A stretch of 64,000 nt of DNA. Origin: an uncultured Clostridium sp. (GTDB lineage Bacteria > Bacillota > Clostridia > TANB77 > CAG-508). The stretch covers positions 181-64,180 of the forward strand of contig CAMPBS010000006.1 of NCBI GenBank assembly GCA_946639585.1, read 5' to 3'. This document shows positions 10,746-19,903 of this stretch, one piece after another. The notes under the pieces were generated by a model. That model had not been told where the DNA came from. It searched no databases and saw only the letters and a program-made list of their open reading frames with translations. Both the position numbers and the translations under genes were made by a program. Within the stretch, counting starts at the first letter, position 1. Each line of letters begins with the position of its first letter.

Positions 10746-13700
10746 TTAATCTTCAATATTATCTTCAGCTAAATCATTATCAAAGATTTCTTCTTCGCCT
10801 TCGTCGTCTAGGTCTTCAAATAGTTCATCACTATCATCGTCGTCATCGTCATTTAAAAGCATTTCGCCTTCTTCGCTATATCCATCTGGTAATTCTTCTC
10901 CTCCAATTGCCTCTTCTTCTAAAAGTTTTTTATCTCTTTCTGGATCGTATTCGATTCCATCTTCGATGTTTTCTTTTATTTCAAGCTCTTTGTTATCATT
11001 TGAATATAGTCTGATATCTAATCCTAATGATTGAAGTTCTTTTACTAATACCTTGAATCCTTCTGGAATTCCTGGTTCTGGGATGTTTTCGCCTTTTACT
11101 ATTGCTTCATAAGTTTTTACTCTTCCTACTACATCGTCTGATTTAACTGTTAACATTTCTTGTAGTGTATATGCTGCACCATATGCCTCTAATGCCCAAA
11201 CTTCCATCTCTCCAAAACGTTGTCCACCGAATTGTGCTTTACCTCCAAGTGGTTGTTGAGTAACTAATGAGTATGGTCCAGTTGAACGAGCGTGGATTTT
11301 GTCGTCTACTAAGTGGTGAAGTTTTAACATGTACATTATACCTACTGTGATTGGCTTGTCGAATGGTTCTCCTGTTCTACCATCATATAGAATTGTTTTA
11401 CCATCTTCGCTCATTCCTGCTTGTTTTAATACTTCTCTTACATCTTCCTCTGTTGCACCATCGAAAACTGGTGTTGAAATTTTCCAGCCTAGTGCTTTTG
11501 CAGCTCCACCTAAGTGAACTTCCAAAATTTGTCCAAGGTTCATACGAGAAGGTACTCCAAGTGGGTTTAATAGGATGTCTACTGGTGTTCCATCTGGCAT
11601 GAATGGCATATCTTCTTCTGGTAAAACTCTTGAAATAACACCTTTGTTACCATGACGTCCTGCCATTTTATCTCCAACTGAGATTTTTCTTTTTGTTGCT
11701 ATATAGCATCTAATTACTTGGTTTACTCCTGGTGCTAGTTCATCTGAATTGTCTCTTGTAAAGATTTTTACATCTACTATTGTTCCTGCTTCTCCGTGTG
11801 GTACTCTAAGTGATGTATCCCTTACTTCTCTAGCTTTTTCACCAAAGATAGCTCTTAATAATCTTTCTTCAGCTGTTAGTTCTGTTTCTCCTTTTGGAGT
11901 AACTTTTCCAACTAAGATATCTCCAGGTCTTACTTCTGCACCTATTCTGATTATTCCGTTTTCGTCTAAGTCTTTTAATTGGTCATCTCCAACATTTGGG
12001 ATGTCTCTTGTTATTTCTTCTGGTCCAAGTTTTGTATCACGGCATTCGCAATCGTATTCTTCAATGTGGATTGATGTGAATACGTCTTCTTTTACTAATT
12101 TTTCGTTGATTAAGATAGCGTCCTCGTAGTTGTAACCTTCCCATGTTGAGAATGCTACTAATACGTTTTTACCTAAAGCCATTTCTCCGTTTTTTGTTGC
12201 TGGTCCGTCAGCTATTGTTTGACCTTTTTTAACTTTTTCACCTTTAGCAACTATTGGTCTTTGGTTGATACATGTTCCACCATTTGTTCTCTTGAATTTA
12301 CGTAGTTTGTGTGTAATTGTTTTTCCGTTTTTATATTTTACTTTTATTTCGTCTGCTGATACTTTTACGATTTCTCCATCATCTTCAGCTAGAACTAAGA
12401 TTCCAGAGTCTTTTGCAGCTCTGTATTCAATTCCTGTTCCAACTATTGGGCTTTCAGACATCATTAGTGGAACTGCTTGACGTTGCATGTTTGATCCCAT
12501 TAGGGCTCTCTTTGCGTCATCGTGCTCTAAGAATGGTATCATGGCTGCGGCTACTGATACAAGTTGTTTTGGAGATACGTCTATATATTGAACTTTTTCT
12601 TTGTCAACTTCTATTACTTCGTTTTTGTATCTAACTCTTATTCTTGGATTAATGAATTCTCCGTTTTTATCCATTGGCTCTGATGCTTGAGCTATTATGT
12701 AATTGTCTTCTACATCTGCACTCATGTATTCTACAATATCTGTTGCTCTATGTGTTTCTGGATCTATTTTTCTATATGGTGTTTCAATAAATCCATATTC
12801 ATTTATGTTTGCAAATGATGAAAGTGCTGATATTAACCCAATGTTAGGTCCTTCTGGTGATTCTATTGGGCATAATCTACCATAGTGTGTATAGTGAACG
12901 TCACGAACCTCGAAACCAGCTCTTTCTCTTGTTAATCCTCCAGGTCCTAATGCAGAAATTCTTCTTTTATGTGTTAATTCTGAAAGTGGGTTTGTTTGAT
13001 CCATGAATTGTGAAAGTTGTGAACTTCCAAAGAATTCTCTTATTGCTGATGTTATAGGTTTTGTATTGATTAATGTTTGTGGTGTTATAACATCTAAGTC
13101 TTGGATTGTCATTCTTTCTCTTACAACTCTTTCAAGTCTTGCTAAACCAATTCTGAATTGATTTTGTAAAAGTTCTCCAACACAACGAATTCTACGGTTT
13201 GATAAGTGGTCGATATCATCTGGTTTTCCTAATCCATGTGATAAGTTTAGTAGGAAGTTTACAGATGCTATGATGTCTTCTGTTGTTATTGTTTTTGGCA
13301 CTAATTCGTCATATCTTTCTTGTAATGTTTTTACTAAATCTTTTTCAGATGTGTTGTCTATTATATTTTTTAATGCTGAATAGTTAACTAATTCTTTGAA
13401 ATGAAGTTTGCTTAAATCCACATTTGGTAATACTTTGTGGATGTTTACAGTTCCATTTCCTATTACTCTTACTGTTCTGTCATTTAATGTAATGTCAACA
13501 ATGTTTATACCAGCATTTTGTATATTTTCTGCAACTTCTTCTGAAATTGTTTCTCCAGCTGTTACGAATACTTCACCTGTTTCTGGATCTACAATGTCTT
13601 TTGCAGCAACTCTATCTTTTATTCTTTCAGCTAATGCTAATTTTTGGTTGAATTTGAATCTTCCAACTTTTGCTAGGTCGTATCTTCTATTATCGAAGAA

Positions 13701-14477
13701 TAGTCCATTGAATAATGTTCTTGCAGCTTCAGCTGTTGGTAATTCTCCTGGTCTTAATTTTTTGTAGATTTCTATTAGGGCTTCATCTTGATCTTTTATT
13801 GTATCTTTTGCTATTGTAGCATTTAATAACTCTTCATCTCCAAATAGGTCTCTTATTTGGTCATCTGAGATTATTCCAATTGCTCTTAATAGTAATGTTA
13901 CAGGAATTTTTCTTGTTCTGTCTACACGAACGTAGAAGATGTCATTTCCATCTGTTTCATATTCTAGCCATGCTCCTCTAAGTGGCATTACTGTTGATGT
14001 GTATGTTCTTTTTCCTGTTTTTGTATCAAATTCTTCTGAATAATAGCAACTTGGTGAACGAACTAATTGGCTTACTACAACTCTTTCAGCTCCATTGATT
14101 ACGAATGTTCCACTATCTGTCATTAGTGGGAAATCTCCTAAATAGATTTCTTGTTCTTTGATTTCGCCTGTTTCACGATTAATTAACCTTACTTTTACAT
14201 GTAGTCTTGTTGCGTAAGTAGCATCTCTTTCTTTTGATTCTTCTAGAGTGTACTTAGTCTTGTCCTCCATGTAGTAGTCAAAAAACTCTAAAACAAGGTT
14301 TCCAGAATAGTCTTCTATTGGTGAAATATCTCTTAATACTTCTCCTAAGCCTTCTTCTACAAACCAGTCATATGAATCTTTTTGTACTTTGATGAGGTTT
14401 GGCATTTCGATGTAATCGCCAACTTTTGCGAAATTCTTTCTTGTTGTCTTTTCAAAATTGATGTCTTTTAGTTTCAA
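10746..14477 (-). CDS. rpoB: DNA-directed RNA polymerase subunit beta
   Basis: [28 protein letters not shown], rifampicin cluster [21 protein letters not shown]. Start placed at TTG 14477 from AGGAG spacing. Confidence 0.98.
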   Translation of the reverse strand: MKLKDINFEKTTRKNFAKVGDYIEMPNLIKVQKDSYDWFVEEGLGEVLRDISPIEDYSGNLVLEFFDYYMEDKTKYTLEESKERDATYATRLHVKVRLINRETGEIKEQEIYLGDFPLMTDSGTFVINGAERVVVSQLVRSPSCYYSEEFDTKTGKRTYTSTVMPLRGAWLEYETDGNDIFYVRVDRTRKIPVTLLLRAIGIISDDQIRDLFGDEELLNATIAKDTIKDQDEALIEIYKKLRPGELPTAEAARTLFNGLFFDNRRYDLAKVGRFKFNQKLALAERIKDRVAAKDIVDPETGEVFVTAGETISEEVAENIQNAGINIVDITLNDRTVRVIGNGTVNIHKVLPNVDLSKLHFKELVNYSALKNIIDNTSEKDLVKTLQERYDELVPKTITTEDIIASVNFLLNLSHGLGKPDDIDHLSNRRIRCVGELLQNQFRIGLARLERVVRERMTIQDLDVITPQTLINTKPITSAIREFFGSSQLSQFMDQTNPLSELTHKRRISALGPGGLTRERAGFEVRDVHYTHYGRLCPIESPEGPNIGLISALSSFANINEYGFIETPYRKIDPETHRATDIVEYMSADVEDNYIIAQASEPMDKNGEFINPRIRVRYKNEVIEVDKEKVQYIDVSPKQLVSVAAAMIPFLEHDDAKRALMGSNMQRQAVPLMMSESPIVGTGIEYRAAKDSGILVLAEDDGEIVKVSADEIKVKYKNGKTITHKLRKFKRTNGGTCINQRPIVAKGEKVKKGQTIADGPATKNGEMALGKNVLVAFSTWEGYNYEDAILINEKLVKEDVFTSIHIEEYDCECRDTKLGPEEITRDIPNVGDDQLKDLDENGIIRIGAEVRPGDILVGKVTPKGETELTAEERLLRAIFGEKAREVRDTSLRVPHGEAGTIVDVKIFTRDNSDELAPGVNQVIRCYIATKRKISVGDKMAGRHGNKGVISRVLPEEDMPFMPDGTPVDILLNPLGVPSRMNLGQILEVHLGGAAKALGWKISTPVFDGATEEDVREVLKQAGMSEDGKTILYDGRTGEPFDKPITVGIMYMLKLHHLVDDKIHARSTGPYSLVTQQPLGGKAQFGGQRFGEMEVWALEAYGAAYTLQEMLTVKSDDVVGRVKTYEAIVKGENIPEPGIPEGFKVLVKELQSLGLDIRLYSNDNKELEIKENIEDGIEYDPERDKKLLEEEAIGGEELPDGYSEEGEMLLNDDDDDDSDELFEDLDDEGEEEIFDNDLAEDNIED

Positions 14478-14710
14478 AAAAATCACTCCTTAAAAATAAT
14501 TTAAGCAGATTTTGATGGTGCCCTTTCGAGCAATGATACTTTAAAAAGTCCTTCTTATTTTGCAGTTCTTTTAGTTACTTTTAAATGACTGCTCTGACAT
14601 TTAATTTCTGCTATAGTTTCCCACAAATAATTCCTCTTTTTAAAATATAAAAATTGAATTTAATAAACTGAAATGGTTGTTCCAAAATTTCACAACCGCA
14701 AATCTTATAA

Positions 14711-14739
14711 ATTATATCATTTTTCCTTACGGAAGTCAA
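14711..14739 (-). promoter_or_regulatory. sigmaA-type promoter for rpoBC
   Basis: Minus strand TTGACT-17 nt-TATAAT with extended TG. Confidence 0.75.
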
Positions 14740-14797
14740 TGGTTTAGAGCAAAAAAAATAATAAAAATAGCATATCTATTTTTATTATTTTAATTTT

Positions 14798-15853
14798 TTA
14801 TTCTTCTCTAAAATCAGCAAATGTTTTTACTATTTCTATTTTTGATTTTCCTTGTTTAATTTCATCATTTGCCTTTACAATTAAGTCTACATCGTAAATT
14901 TCTTTTAATTTTTTTACATTTTCCTTTTTATGCCCTATTACATTATTCACATCTATTGAATTCACTTCAACTAGAACTTCTTTGACTTTTACATTTAATT
15001 TTTTTATTTTATTTACAACTGCGTCATACCACAAGCTAGATTCTACAAGTTGCCTGAATGCTGGATGATAAGGTCCCGCAAGTACTTCACTATTTTCTTG
15101 TTCTGGACTTGTTATTTCATCTGTGTTTTGCAATCCAATTCTTATTATATCTATATTTTTACTATTGAACATTGAAACTAATTCCTTGCAAACCTCAACA
15201 GCTTGTACAACTGTGAGTGGCTTATATGTACCCTCTTCATATTCTTTTGCAAGTTTTGTTCCTTTAATTACCAAAACAGGATAAATTCTTACCATCTTTG
15301 GTTTTAATTTTATCAATGCTTTTGCAGTGTTTATTTCATCTATTTTTGTTGAATCTGGTAAACCAACCATCATTTGATGTCCAAGTGTGAAACCATACCT
15401 TCTAATTAGTTTTGAAGCTTGCTTTACATCAGCAAATGTATGACCTCTTTCTGCTTTTTTTAGTATATAGTCATTTGCTGATTGAACGCCTAATTCTATT
15501 GTTTTTACTTTGTATTTTTTTAATCTTTTTAAAATATTTTTATTTATATAATCTGGTCTTGTAGAAATTCGAATACTGCTAATTTTCCCTGCTTTAATAT
15601 AGTTGTATGCAGCTTCCAACAATTCATTTTGTTTATCTTCGTCTATCCCTGTAAAACTCCCGCCAAAAAACGCCACCTCAACATTTCCATCATGTTTTTG
15701 GATATGATCTAAATAATAATCTATTGTTTTTTTAACATCTTCTTTTGTAACTTGATTTTTCTCGCCACTTATTTTGTTTTGATTGCAAAATGAGCAATCA
15801 TGCGGACAACCCAAGTGCGGTACAAATATAGGGATAACGTATTTCTTAGTCAT
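14798..15853 (-). CDS. Radical SAM protein (Elp3/YhcC-like)
   Basis: CPHDCSFC CxxxCxxC motif, AFFGGSFTG, ISTRPD, ELGVQS. Confidence 0.9.
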   Translation of the reverse strand: MTKKYVIPIFVPHLGCPHDCSFCNQNKISGEKNQVTKEDVKKTIDYYLDHIQKHDGNVEVAFFGGSFTGIDEDKQNELLEAAYNYIKAGKISSIRISTRPDYINKNILKRLKKYKVKTIELGVQSANDYILKKAERGHTFADVKQASKLIRRYGFTLGHQMMVGLPDSTKIDEINTAKALIKLKPKMVRIYPVLVIKGTKLAKEYEEGTYKPLTVVQAVEVCKELVSMFNSKNIDIIRIGLQNTDEITSPEQENSEVLAGPYHPAFRQLVESSLWYDAVVNKIKKLNVKVKEVLVEVNSIDVNNVIGHKKENVKKLKEIYDVDLIVKANDEIKQGKSKIEIVKTFADFREE

Positions 15854-15970
15854 TCTACTTCATTCCTTTCTCAAGTTTTCACTTCGACATTTTCATTATT
15901 CTTATTATACACTATTTGTTAAAATTTTCAAGTGTTTTCACTGCAAAAATTTTTTTGCTTTTTTATAAAA

Positions 15971-16004
15971 ATAACTTGCTTTTTTCATTATAGCAAGTTA
16001 TAAT
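15971..16004 (+). promoter_or_regulatory. sigmaA promoter of PBECR gene overlapped by a 10-bp inverted repeat (possible operator)
   Basis: TTGCTT(15976)-17 nt-TATAAT(15999); ATAACTTGCT-N11-AGCAAGTTAT. Confidence 0.7.
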
Positions 16005-16035
16005 TAGTTTCAAATTCTTATAAAGGAGCACGTAA

Positions 16036-16455
16036 TTGGATATATTAGATATAAATAAAATTAATAAAGCAAAAAGTAAAAATATAAAAATAGGAGAATT
16101 AACTCAAGATGTTATTGACGCATTGAATTTAGATCTTAAACCTCAAAACATAAACATTTGGGCCACTAGAATACAAGAGCATTGTGAAAAACATAAGGAT
16201 GAGTATTCATCTCCTAACGCGTATAATCAAGCGGTTAAATTTATACCGACTATAATTAAAGAACCTGATTACATCGGATTACACAATAATGGAAATATTC
16301 AGTATGTAAAAAGGTTAGACGACATTTCTATGGTTGGAATTCAAATTCTACATGGTAGTGGTAACTTGCTTTTTCGAACTATCTTTCCGATTACAGAAAG
16401 TAAGTTAAATAATTCTATAAAGAGCGGGAAACTTATTCCAATGGATAAAAAATAG
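16036..16455 (+). CDS. PBECR-like (phage Barnase-EndoU-ColicinE5/D-RelE fold) putative RNase, 139 aa
   Basis: AAGGAG RBS with TTG start. Motifs IGEL...HCEKH...IPTIIKEPDYIG...IQYVK...RTIFPITESK resemble PBECR2/3 domains (by eye). Confidence 0.7.
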   Translation: MDILDINKINKAKSKNIKIGELTQDVIDALNLDLKPQNINIWATRIQEHCEKHKDEYSSPNAYNQAVKFIPTIIKEPDYIGLHNNGNIQYVKRLDDISMVGIQILHGSGNLLFRTIFPITESKLNNSIKSGKLIPMDKK

Positions 16456-16474
16456 GAGATACTGCAGTATCTCC
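16455..16474. terminator. Bidirectional intrinsic terminator
   Basis: GGAGATAC-TGCA-GTATCTCC perfect hairpin followed by T-tracts on both strands. Confidence 0.8.
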
Positions 16475-16484
16475 ATTTTTGTTT

Positions 16485-16570
16485 GGTTAATTGGTGGGAC
16501 GGCGTACCCCAACATCTCTTTTAAGACCATCTCTGGCGTGATAGCTGCCAATTTCTATCCTCAACTAACC
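16485..16570 (-). ncRNA. Candidate structured ncRNA convergent with the PBECR gene
   Basis: GC-rich island in AT-rich DNA. A 9-bp closing stem GGTTAGTTG/CAATTAACC encloses three hairpins, one with a GAGA (GNRA) tetraloop. TATAAT lies 5 nt upstream and a terminator lies downstream. Confidence 0.65.
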
Positions 16571-16692
16571 TTATTATTATATGCATGCTATGTAATTGTT
16601 ATACATGGCTGTATATCTAATTTAGTAAAGGAATTTTATCACTAATTCCTTTATTTGTCAATATTATAGCACATTTTTTTGTAAAAATCAAA

Positions 16693-17364
16693 TTACAAAA
16701 CTTCTATTGCTTTTTTTGCCGCGTCCATTTCTGCAAGTTTTTTACTTTTTCCTGTTCCATTTGCCAATAATTTGTTATTGCATCTAACTTCAACTTCAAA
16801 TTGTTTTGCATGGTCTGGACCAAATTCTCTTAAAACATTGTATTCTATTTTTACATTTCCATGCACTTGTAACATTTCTTGTAGCACAGTTTTATAATCT
16901 TTTTCTCCAACATGATGAACTGCAATTTCTATATCGTCTTTTAAATTTTCTATTATGAACTTTTCTGCATATTGTAAGCCACCATCTATGTACATTGCAG
17001 CTATTACAGCTTCCACACTATCTGCTAATATAGCTGGTCTTCCTCCTTTGCAGGTTGTTCTTTCAGATTTCCCCAAGTTTAAGAAATCACTAAAATTATG
17101 CTTTTTTGCTACTTTATGTAGGCTTGTTTCGCACACTACGCTAGCTCTAACTTTAGTCATTTCTCCTTCTTTAAGGTTTGGGTATGTTGTATAAATGTAG
17201 TTGCTTGATATAAATTCTAATATGCTATCTCCTAAGAATTCCAGTTTTTCGTTGCTTTCTATTCCATTTTCATATGCATATGATGTATGCGTTAATGCCT
17301 GGTTTAGAAGTTCCTTGTTTTTAAATGTATATCCTATGTTTTTTTCTAGTTCTTCTTTGTTCAT
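16693..17364 (-). CDS. rnc: Ribonuclease III
   Basis: ALTHTSY...NEKLEFLGDSIL signature; C-terminal dsRBD (DYKTVLQE...GPDHAKQF). Confidence 0.97.
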   Translation of the reverse strand: MNKEELEKNIGYTFKNKELLNQALTHTSYAYENGIESNEKLEFLGDSILEFISSNYIYTTYPNLKEGEMTKVRASVVCETSLHKVAKKHNFSDFLNLGKSERTTCKGGRPAILADSVEAVIAAMYIDGGLQYAEKFIIENLKDDIEIAVHHVGEKDYKTVLQEMLQVHGNVKIEYNVLREFGPDHAKQFEVEVRCNNKLLANGTGKSKKLAEMDAAKKAIEVL

Positions 17365-17549
17365 TTTCTCACCCCTTTTCTTTTTCTATTATACACTATT
17401 TTCCAGTTTTTTCAAGTATTTTTTTGCAAATGTTTTTTTGGTTAATTTTGAGTGTTCGCTTGTTTTTGATTTTATTATGTGATATTATAAGTTCAACCTT
17501 TCTTAGTCAGAAGGTAGTCTTTATCAGAAGACGGAAAGGAGGTATCTTT

Positions 17550-17678
17550 ATGACTATTAGCGATACAGTACTTAATCTTGTTGACAAACTAATTGCAGAA
17601 AAAGAAAAGAACTTTATGCTACAGTTACAATTGCAACAACTTCAACAAGAACTACAAAAGACAATTTCAAGCAAATAG
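17550..17678 (+). CDS. 42-aa Q/L-rich small protein (MTISDTVLNLVDKLIAEKEKNFMLQLQLQQLQQELQKTISSK)
   Basis: Strong AAAGGAGGT RBS; promoter TTGTTT(17460)-17 nt-TATTAT(17483); terminator directly downstream. Confidence 0.75.
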   Translation: MTISDTVLNLVDKLIAEKEKNFMLQLQLQQLQQELQKTISSK

Positions 17679-17689
17679 TTTTACATAAT

Positions 17690-17722
17690 AAAAAAAGAGT
17701 AGATTCGCAGTCTACTCTTTTT
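17690..17722. terminator. Bidirectional terminator hairpin
   Basis: aaaaagagtaga-ttcgcag-tctactcttttt. Confidence 0.8.
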
Positions 17723-17724
17723 GA

Positions 17725-17805
17725 TAAAAAAATAATATGTGCAAATTCGCAGTACACATATTATTTATTAGTCTTTATGACTATAGCGATAATTTTTTAC
17801 TTTGT
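17725..17805 (-). ncRNA. Candidate antisense sRNA against the 42-aa ORF start region
   Basis: TTGACA(17840-17835)-17 nt-TATTAT(17817-17812) promoter. It contains the complement of the ORF start region and ends in the hairpin aaataatatgtg...cacatattattt plus a U-tract. Confidence 0.65.
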
Positions 17806-17854
17806 ATCTAAATAATACCATAAAAATTATAATTTGTCAAATAAATTTGATAAA

Positions 17855-19000
17855 TTATTCTGTTTTGTTTTTTGTCTCATTTTTATATTTTATAAAATCC
17901 TCGATTAGAATCTTTAATACTGCTGAGATTGGAACTGATAAGAAAATTCCCCACATTCCAAAATATGCTCCACCAATTGTTATTGCTAAAATCACAACTA
18001 ATGGGCTAATTTTTAAGTTATCGCCAACAATTTTAGGATTAATTACATTTGCATCTATTTGTTGTAAAATTATTATTACAACAAGCATCCAAATTGCTTG
18101 AGAAATTCCTCCTGTTATTAGTGTGATTATTCCAGCAATTATTACTGCGATAATCGCTCCAACGTAGGGAATTATATTGAATAATCCAATTATAAATCCT
18201 AGCAATGGTGCATATTTTATACCCATTATGCTCATTGCAATTGTTGTTAAAACACCAACAACTACTGCATCTATTAGCTGACTGCTTAAAAATCTAAAAA
18301 AGATTTCGTTTGTATCATTAAAGTATTTTGAAAGATTCTGATATGTTTTTTCTTTAAACACAGCTTTAAAGAATCTCTCCATAAACGCCATTATTCTTGT
18401 TCTTCCTGACAATAGGTATACAGATACTATGAATGCTACAAAAATGTCTATAATGCTATTTACAAAGCTCATAGCGCCTTTTGCATACTGACCTATTGTA
18501 TCCATATTAATATATTGTTTAAAGTCAATATTTTTAGCGTTTTGCAATACATCATTTATTGTATTTGTTACTGCATCGCTTTTTAATATTGAATCTTGTG
18601 GCAATTCATTATATTTTTGAATTGTTCCTTCAATATAGCCTTGTAAGTTGGTCACAAGTTCTGTTACACTTTGAACTAGTACCGGGAATATCCAGTTAAA
18701 AATTATTATCAGAATAAGAGCAAATATTATGTAGCTAATTAGTATACTTATCCCTCTCGCTCTGTTTTTTACTAATTTTATTTTTGATTTTTTTAGCATT
18801 TTTTCAATGCTTTTACTTGGCATATAAAGGATATATGCTATTAAAATACCTATAAAAAATGGTTTTAGTATTTTCAAAAAATCTCCTATGCCTTGCATTA
18901 TTTGTGGAAAATTATCTAACAATTTGTAGAATGCAATTATTGCCACACCTAGCATAAACCAATAAATCCACTTTTTGCCATTTTTCTTAATCTCGTTCAT
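17855..19000 (-). CDS. AI-2E family transporter (PerM-like)
   Basis: Multiple TM segments, FNIIPYVG, QQIDANVINPKIVG; start at ATG 19000 with GGAGG. Confidence 0.9.
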   Translation of the reverse strand: MNEIKKNGKKWIYWFMLGVAIIAFYKLLDNFPQIMQGIGDFLKILKPFFIGILIAYILYMPSKSIEKMLKKSKIKLVKNRARGISILISYIIFALILIIIFNWIFPVLVQSVTELVTNLQGYIEGTIQKYNELPQDSILKSDAVTNTINDVLQNAKNIDFKQYINMDTIGQYAKGAMSFVNSIIDIFVAFIVSVYLLSGRTRIMAFMERFFKAVFKEKTYQNLSKYFNDTNEIFFRFLSSQLIDAVVVGVLTTIAMSIMGIKYAPLLGFIIGLFNIIPYVGAIIAVIIAGIITLITGGISQAIWMLVVIIILQQIDANVINPKIVGDNLKISPLVVILAITIGGAYFGMWGIFLSVPISAVLKILIEDFIKYKNETKNKTE

Positions 19001-19080
19001 TGTTTTTACCTCCTTCGAATTTCGGGATACTACCTGGTTTTTGGGGACACTCCCTAAAAGCAAGGTGGTGTTCCCAAAAT

Positions 19081-19836
19081 TTAAATTTTAATTTCTAATC
19101 CAACAGGGCAGTGATCACTACCATATATTTCCGGAAATATGTATGCATCATTTATATTGCTTTGTATGTCGTTTGAAACTATGAAATAATCTATTCTCCA
19201 GCCCACGTTTTTTTCACGAGCATGCCCCATGTATGACCACCATGTGTATTGATTTTCTTTTTCAGGATATAAATATCTAAAACTATCTGTAAATCCAGCA
19301 TCTAAAAGTTCTGTCATTTTGTTTCTTTCTTCATCTGTAAATCCAGCATTGTGATGATTTGTTTTAGGATTTTTAAGGTCTATTTCTTTGTGAGCAACAT
19401 TTAAATCGCCACACATTATAACTGGCTTATTCTTATTTAGTTTCAATAGGTATTTTCTAATTTCGTCTTCCCAAATGCACCTGTAATCTAAACGTTCAAG
19501 TTCTCTTTTAGAATTCGGGGTATAGATGTTTACTATATAATATTTTTCAAATTCTAAAGTTATTACCCTGCCTTCTTTGTCATGTTCGTCTATTCCTATG
19601 CCATATTTAATAGAAAGTGGCTTTTGTTTCGTAAATATTGCTGTTCCTGAATACCCTTTTTTCTCCGCACTATTCCAATAGCTTGTGTAACCTTCAAATT
19701 CTAGTTCTATCTGACCTTCCTGGCATTTTGTTTCTTGTATGCAAAAAACATCTGCATCTATTGTTTTGAAAAAATCCTCAAATCCTTTGTTTACACATGC
19801 TCTTATTCCATTTACATTCCACGAAATTAGTTTCAT
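19081..19836 (-). CDS. xth: Exodeoxyribonuclease III (ExoA/Xth)
   Basis: SWNVNGIRA, QETK, GDLNVAH, GWRIDY, SDHCP. Confidence 0.96.
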   Translation of the reverse strand: MKLISWNVNGIRACVNKGFEDFFKTIDADVFCIQETKCQEGQIELEFEGYTSYWNSAEKKGYSGTAIFTKQKPLSIKYGIGIDEHDKEGRVITLEFEKYYIVNIYTPNSKRELERLDYRCIWEDEIRKYLLKLNKNKPVIMCGDLNVAHKEIDLKNPKTNHHNAGFTDEERNKMTELLDAGFTDSFRYLYPEKENQYTWWSYMGHAREKNVGWRIDYFIVSNDIQSNINDAYIFPEIYGSDHCPVGLEIKI

Positions 19837-19903
19837 ATTTTTCCCCTTTTAAAAAAAGTTGCTAAACTAATGTCTAGCAACTTCGATTTAATAATATTTT
19901 ATT

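Noticed and set aside
7028-13767. + strand ORFs inside rpoB/rpoC
   Set aside because: They are antisense shadows of conserved genes.
16485-16570. Possible tRNA (cloverleaf-like size and junction)
   Set aside because: There is no TTCG T-loop, no D-loop GG pattern and no 7-nt anticodon loop in the central arm. Kept as an unknown ncRNA.
17325-17549. N-terminal extension of the 117-aa track ORF
   Set aside because: It overlaps the rnc start and promoter DNA; the strong RBS supports ATG 17550.
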